Shown here: piece by piece, positions 58,792 through 64,000 of the stretch
How the letters are laid out: each line of letters starts with the position of its first letter
Numbering within the stretch: position 1 is the stretch's first letter
Source of the DNA: Flectonema sp. DT1601
Taxonomy: Eukaryota
Reading direction: 5' to 3'
Length of the DNA: 64,000 bases
NCBI GenBank assembly: GCA_964019425.1
Contig: OZ025792.1
Span: forward strand, 620,001-684,000
Made by a program: the position numbers and the translations under genes
Notes under the pieces: model-generated
Seen by the model: only the letters and a program-made list of their open reading frames with translations
Told to the model about the DNA's origin: nothing
Database searches by the model: none

Positions 58792-59103
58792 ATGAGTAAA
58801 GTAAAGAAAGGATACGCCAATCCAGGCCATCGGATTCGAGAAGGAAATCTCCAATTCGAGATTGACACATTGTCAGCAACACTAGAAATAAAAGAATCAA
58901 ACAAACAAAAGCAACCTCGTCGATATGCGGCGTCTACTGTTGTGAAATCACACTCGACAAGTAGTCTAAAAGGGAGTTATGCATCTCCATCACGTTCTAA
59001 TAAAGAAACAACTCTTGAGTATGACATTGCGAGATTAAATGGAGCCCTTCAATTATTGCAATCACCTAAAAAGATGTCTCCTCAATATGGAAAAGACTAC
59101 TGA
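58792..59103 (+). CDS. small hypothetical protein (103 aa)
   Basis: TTTTCATCACAG acceptor 11 nt before the ATG and a protein-like ORF. Confidence 0.65.
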   Translation: MSKVKKGYANPGHRIREGNLQFEIDTLSATLEIKESNKQKQPRRYAASTVVKSHSTSSLKGSYASPSRSNKETTLEYDIARLNGALQLLQSPKKMSPQYGKDY

Positions 59104-59265
59104 CGACTATGTGATGACGCACTTCATCTTTATTACCTTTCCTTTTCTTTGTATATTGTAACGTGGTTATGTTTATGTGTTGAATCTGTACCTCAGACAG
59201 TTTTGTTTTGGAATGTATGAATTACGAATTCTTATCTTTCTCTCAGGAACACGAACTTATCCAAT

Positions 59266-60439
59266 ATGGCTTCGGCAGTTCGAGCCACTACCGGTTCGGT
59301 TGTCCGACGTGGAACCCTGCCCACCCAACTTAAGATGCCAGAGGGTAGCTCACAAGACCCACTTAAGGTATATTTGTTTAAAAGCTTCAACAGAAGACTA
59401 TTTTTTATTTTTTTTTTATTTTATTTTTTTTTTTAAAACATCATTAGAAGTACAGTTATGTCCAACTAAAAGAAACAACTCAAAACAGGGACCTGGATAC
59501 CATTTTGCTAACAGACACGCGTTGACCGGTGTTACAGAAACTCCAGCAATGAATGAAAGACCGTTTATGACGTGGAAGGATACTTTCAGATCGAATATGG
59601 GATACCGAACTTGGGATTCTGATAATAGAGTAATGCTATCACCTAGACACGGTATTATTCCTCCTCTACGAACTCCTAATATGGCTTTGGGAAAGTTAAG
59701 AGCAAAACGATCATTGTACATCAGTGAACATGGAGCGATGCACTTTAACGCTCAAGTCCCAGGGATTCAACCGAGTAATACGGCAGCACAGAGAGGACCA
59801 AAAACACTTTCTCATAAGTGGGTTCCTTTGGAAATGGCTGATGACGGAATTATGTACATCCATCCAACTTCTCGTGAAATTCTCGAATGGGGTCATAAAC
59901 AACTTAAAAGTGACGCACAAGAAAATGGAGAAGATCCAGACGTAGAACTTCTTGAGAAGATTGATGACGTTTTACAACACGATCCTATACAACCTTATCA
60001 TGCAGCCGCTAATCAAAGAAAACTTATCGCTTCTGACCATCGTGATCATATTATTAGACAGGAAATGCGTCTTCATGAAAGAAGACGTCAAAAGGGACTC
60101 CCAACACCTCCGATTGTAATGCCTCAATACAGACAAGACTATCCTGACACACCTGACGGTGAACATAATGTTCCATTGCGTTCATTTACATTAATTGGTA
60201 CTAAGGTTATTAACGGTGTTCAAATGGGTCCAATTAGAGTCCATAGTGATAATAAAACAATCGCAAAACGTAGCAAGGCGTACATCAGTGAATTAGAACG
60301 ACAAGGAATTACAGTACCGAAAATGTACAGACCAGCTGATGGACGTGATCAATATCAGACTGCTGTTGAAAGAAATCTCAAACACAAGGGAAGTGCACCA
60401 CTTGAAGCAACTGTTGTGTCGGGTGATGATGATGCGTGA
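59266..60439 (+). CDS. hypothetical protein with a mitochondrial-targeting-like N-terminus; intron 59368-59488
   Basis: Exon 1 MASAVRATTGSVVRRG...DPLK ends AAG|GTATAT. The acceptor AAAACAG|GGA joins in phase 0 to the long ORF. Confidence 0.8.
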
Positions 60440-60526
60440 ATTTAAATTATATCAAAATCACTGATCACAATATCATATTTGTAATCAGATGAGGTGATCT
60501 TCTTCACTATTTTGGAGGTCCTTTAA

Positions 60527-60780
60527 CTGTCTTAATTATTATAAAGATCGTCTGAAGTACATATCAATCACTACTCAGGGATGACTGATGCTAGTCACTG
60601 TGAGTAGTATTGATTTCTTCTTAAGGTTAAGACATGTTATGCTTTAAAGGTCTTTTGCTGTCTTAATTATTATAAAAGATAACTATTCCATCATCTGAAG
60701 TACATATCAATCACTACTCAGGGATGACTGTGACAATAGTCACTGTTAGTGGTGTTGATTTCTTCTTAAGGTTAAGATAC
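60527..60780. repeat. two ~130-bp tandem units, each containing a long hairpin
   Basis: CTGTCTTAATTATTATAAAGAT...ATCAATCACTACTCAGGGATGACTG...AGTCACTG...TTGATTTCTTCTTAAGGTTAAGA occurs twice. Confidence 0.88.
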
Positions 60781-61247
60781 TGTTGAACATTGAAGAGAGG
60801 ACTTGTTGACAATTCAAAACAGAAGAAGTGTTGATCTTCTTAATTATTACAACGGATGGCGATAGATGAAAGTAAGCCAACCAATCCGTGCAATATACTG
60901 GTTAGTTATTAATAAATAAAGAAAGGATATCTGAATCTCAGATTAGTGTTACGTTCTATTTTACAACAACGGTTGTTAACTTATTTCGATATTTTTTATT
61001 ATTTATTCATCCCCCCTCGCATCACAAGCAAGTATGTACGTCAATCGCAGTGTGTATACCTTACATTATCGTTATGTTGTTTATGATACAATACAATTTG
61101 TATTTTACTTACAAACTCAAACAGTTAACCCCCCCTCGCATCACATCACAGAAAGCAATCCTTTTCATGGTGAGTGTCTTAATAACCTTTAAGTGTATAG
61201 TAAGATATAGTAATTATTAACAACAATCAGAGAATCTATTACATAAC

Positions 61248-62699
61248 ATGAGATTGCTTACCGCCGTCGTGTTGCTATTAATTGGCATCGGTACTGATGC
61301 TGGTCGTCCTCGTATTGGTATCGAAGGAGTTCCTGATTTTGACATGCCTCCTAACAAAGATATAAAAATACCAAATCACATAAAAGTTTACGACGATGAT
61401 GAGTTTTGGAAAGAATTAAAAAACAACGATGTAATTGTTATGTATCTACGAGAGCAGCATTGTCCTGATTGTGATTTCTATGCGGAACATTTTTATAATG
61501 CGACGAAGGAGTTAATAGGAGTCGAGGGAATATCTACTGGTCAGATTGACATTCACGACGAGGGTGATATTTTTATGGATTGGCATGCCGAAGATGAAGA
61601 CATCCCAGCCCTGTTGGTGTTCAAAACCTCAGATTCAATAAAATACAAAAAAAAACCAATTCAGTTTGTCGTCAACAGTAGAATTATCTACGACCTCGTT
61701 CCGTTTGTAAACCGAATGTTAGGACCCAACGCAAAACACGTCAAAACGAACGATCAACTTGATGAAATTATCTCCAACTCAAACACCATATCAGACGGTT
61801 TATTATTTACTTTATGGATTCCAGATGGTACATCCGACAAGAGTGTCAAGATCTCAACAACCTTATTCGATCGAGTCGCAGAACAAGAAAGATATAATTC
61901 ACTGTTTGTCACCATCGGCAGTGAGATAATGTCGTCGGCCGCTTCCACTTATCTGAATGAAAAAAGTGTTCCTTATCCTTGCATTATAAGCTTGGAGACC
62001 CAATATTCTCCTCCAAAAATAGGAATTTTTAAAATTCCAATGAAAGGAGACTTCAAGAACACCATTAAACAAGCGAAGCATTGGGTTTATTTAGAAAAAC
62101 CAAAACGAATTGGTCACAAATATGATAATAAAAATGGTTATTTTCAAGATGATCTATTCATTCCGAACAACCACACAGAAAAAGGAGTATTAAAAGTAGG
62201 AGATATCCACAAACAGTATGTCAAGGTGGGAGTTGAAGCTCGCAGCTCATACACAAAAGTTTTATTAATCAAAAGAGAAGTTGAATTTGTAACAAATGAA
62301 AACATGACGATGGTAGGTATTGAGAGAGGTATTGTTGGAATGTCTCAGGGAATGAGACGAATGCTAGTACTACCTCACGATCAATGGTCAGGGTGGTCAT
62401 ATTCTCATATGGAGGATATTCATAATTCCGTATGTGGTTGTTTATATATTTTTTTTTAATCTTCAAAAGAGTCGTTATGACATTCAAAAAACTAACAATC
62501 AAACCAACAGACTCGACTCTTATGTGAAGTGACTATTCTACAAGTAAACTCGTCTAACAACATGCCGGGTAGAATTGAGTGGGAAGATGATCCTGAAAAA
62601 TTAAAAGAATATCACGAAAAGGTCAAACAACAAGACAAAGAACGAGAGGAGATGATTGCAAGAGGCGAAGATCCAGATGATCAGTGTGATAGTGAATGA
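61248..62699 (+). CDS. secretory-pathway thioredoxin/PDI-like plus FKBP-like fusion protein; intron 62430-62510
   Basis: Signal peptide and HCPDC in a Trx fold. GIERGIVGMSQGMRRMLVLP and the spliced NS|TRLLCEVTIL match FKBP strands. Exon 2 is open for 62 codons. Confidence 0.85.
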
Positions 62700-63292
62700 T
62701 CAAAAAAAAATTGTATTTCATTTTTACAATTTAATCTACCAAAAAAAAAAAAAAAAAACTGACCGAAAGGCCCGTTCCCTTTTTTTTTATTGATTATATT
62801 ATATAGTTCTGACAGCTTTATAAATTAATCTTTTTTTTTTGATCCCCCCTTCCCTCAACCAACTTGAGTTAGTTTAGTATCATTATTTCTTTACACTGAC
62901 GGATGTAAAATGCTTCTCATTAAACTCAAATAATGACATTGATTTCAAAAATACCTCCGTTTTCGTCAACTAATTGCTGGCCAACATCGTAGCCTTTCCC
63001 ACCTCTTTAAGTTAATTTATAAACCGTTTTTTTGATGTGATTTTTTTTTTTAAAGAAAAAAAAAAAATCTTTTAAAATTTTGGTTCATTTCCTTTTAATC
63101 AGTCTTAAGAACTATGTTCACGTGGCCTCCAGTGGTAATATTTATTTATTTATTTATTTGCAGTCATTTACTAAGATTTGTCGGAGAAATTGTTGTTCCT
63201 GTTGAGCTTTAATAATACAGTATCTACTAACTAACATTGTCGTATTACTCTTCTTTTTTTCTTTTCTTTTCTTTCTATTAAAGGAAGACAAC

Positions 63293-64000
63293 ATGTCTGA
63301 GGGGATGTCGTTGTCTTCACCTCCGGCAGATGAAGAAGTAATGTCTGCTACGAAGAGAACTCACGATGAAATAGAAGAATCGGTAACTGATAAAGTTATA
63401 TCAGAATGGGGAATGGTTGTTCAGATGAATGGAGGTGAAGAAGATGGGAAGTCATTTATAATACCAAATGGAGGTCGAAAGATTCAAATAACCACTCGTA
63501 AGTATGCATTCTCTGAAAGTGAACACAATATGATCCTATCATGGGATTCATTCTTTGAAGACAACAACCGTAGTGAGATCTCATGGTTGACTGGTATCTC
63601 AGTCATTCACTCAAACTCTGATGACAGTTTATCACATCGAGAAGTTAGAATATGTGCTGCTCGTCGTCTTGCTAAAATCATGTCCGGTACGATGTATAAA
63701 CTTCCAACTAAATGTGTTGCTGAACTAATTAAAGCTTACAGCAGCCAACCAGATATATTAAACATCGCGAAACACATGCAAATACCCCCAAGAATTATAA
63801 TGAGATATGTCTTGGCTCACAAAGGTGTTGAGTGCACACGTGCAATGTGGGATCGACCAAGAGAACACTTAGAAGCTGTTGATGCAGAACAGATGGTGGT
63901 GGCCAGCAAAGCTGACTCTGCGACGTGCTCTGAATCGATGTGGGAAAAATATGAGAAATTAGAATTAACTGAAAAAGTATTAATAAAATGGGCGAAGTTA
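63293..64000 (+). CDS. CDIN1/C15orf41 (TPD domain)-like protein, 3' partial
   Basis: Open for 236 codons to the window end, after a pyrimidine tract and AG. ILNIAKHMQIPPRIIMRYVL...WDRP...ASKAD resembles the helical N-half of that family (recalled, not searched). Confidence 0.55.
   Translation, partial: MSEGMSLSSPPADEEVMSATKRTHDEIEESVTDKVISEWGMVVQMNGGEEDGKSFIIPNGGRKIQITTRKYAFSESEHNMILSWDSFFEDNNRSEISWLTGISVIHSNSDDSLSHREVRICAARRLAKIMSGTMYKLPTKCVAELIKAYSSQPDILNIAKHMQIPPRIIMRYVLAHKGVECTRAMWDRPREHLEAVDAEQMVVASKADSATCSESMWEKYEKLELTEKVLIKWAKL

Noticed and set aside
59177..59488. ORF-track N-terminus of the 420-aa protein
   Set aside because: It reads through an intron (FFFYFIFFF). A better exon 1 starts at 59266 in another frame.
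59600..59730. Mitoribosomal bS18-like assignment for the 59266 gene
   Set aside because: The resemblance (LSPRHGIIPP) is too weak to call without a profile search.

Overview
AT-rich eukaryotic DNA with long A/T homopolymers, most likely from a euglenozoan protist (diplonemid-like; inferred from gene organisation only, not from a database match). The window has two domains. (1) About 1-27.4 kb is nearly gene-free and packed with repeats and mobile DNA: the RNase H end of a tyrosine-recombinase-type retroelement, a possible tRNA-derived SINE, a 32-bp minisatellite and a ~12-kb inverted structure. The arms of that structure are arrays of a three-hairpin satellite plus a ~400-bp module. Also present are a decayed piggyBac, a Sola-like TIR element, a TA-target MITE containing an unusual TG...CA element with a 5-bp TSD and hAT-like transposase (three copies or fragments), and a truncated pogo transposase. 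(2) About 27.4-64 kb is an all-plus-strand gene cluster with polypyrimidine-AG sites just upstream of most start codons and a few short GT-AG introns. It includes RidA, a karyopherin-beta, two Cys-rich type I membrane proteins, a thioredoxin/PDI-FKBP fusion, a PAM2-motif protein and a CDIN1-like protein. The most striking single observation is a complete hammerhead-ribozyme core at 49080-49134 whose three strands occur in a non-circularly permuted order, inside a dispersed intergenic repeat.
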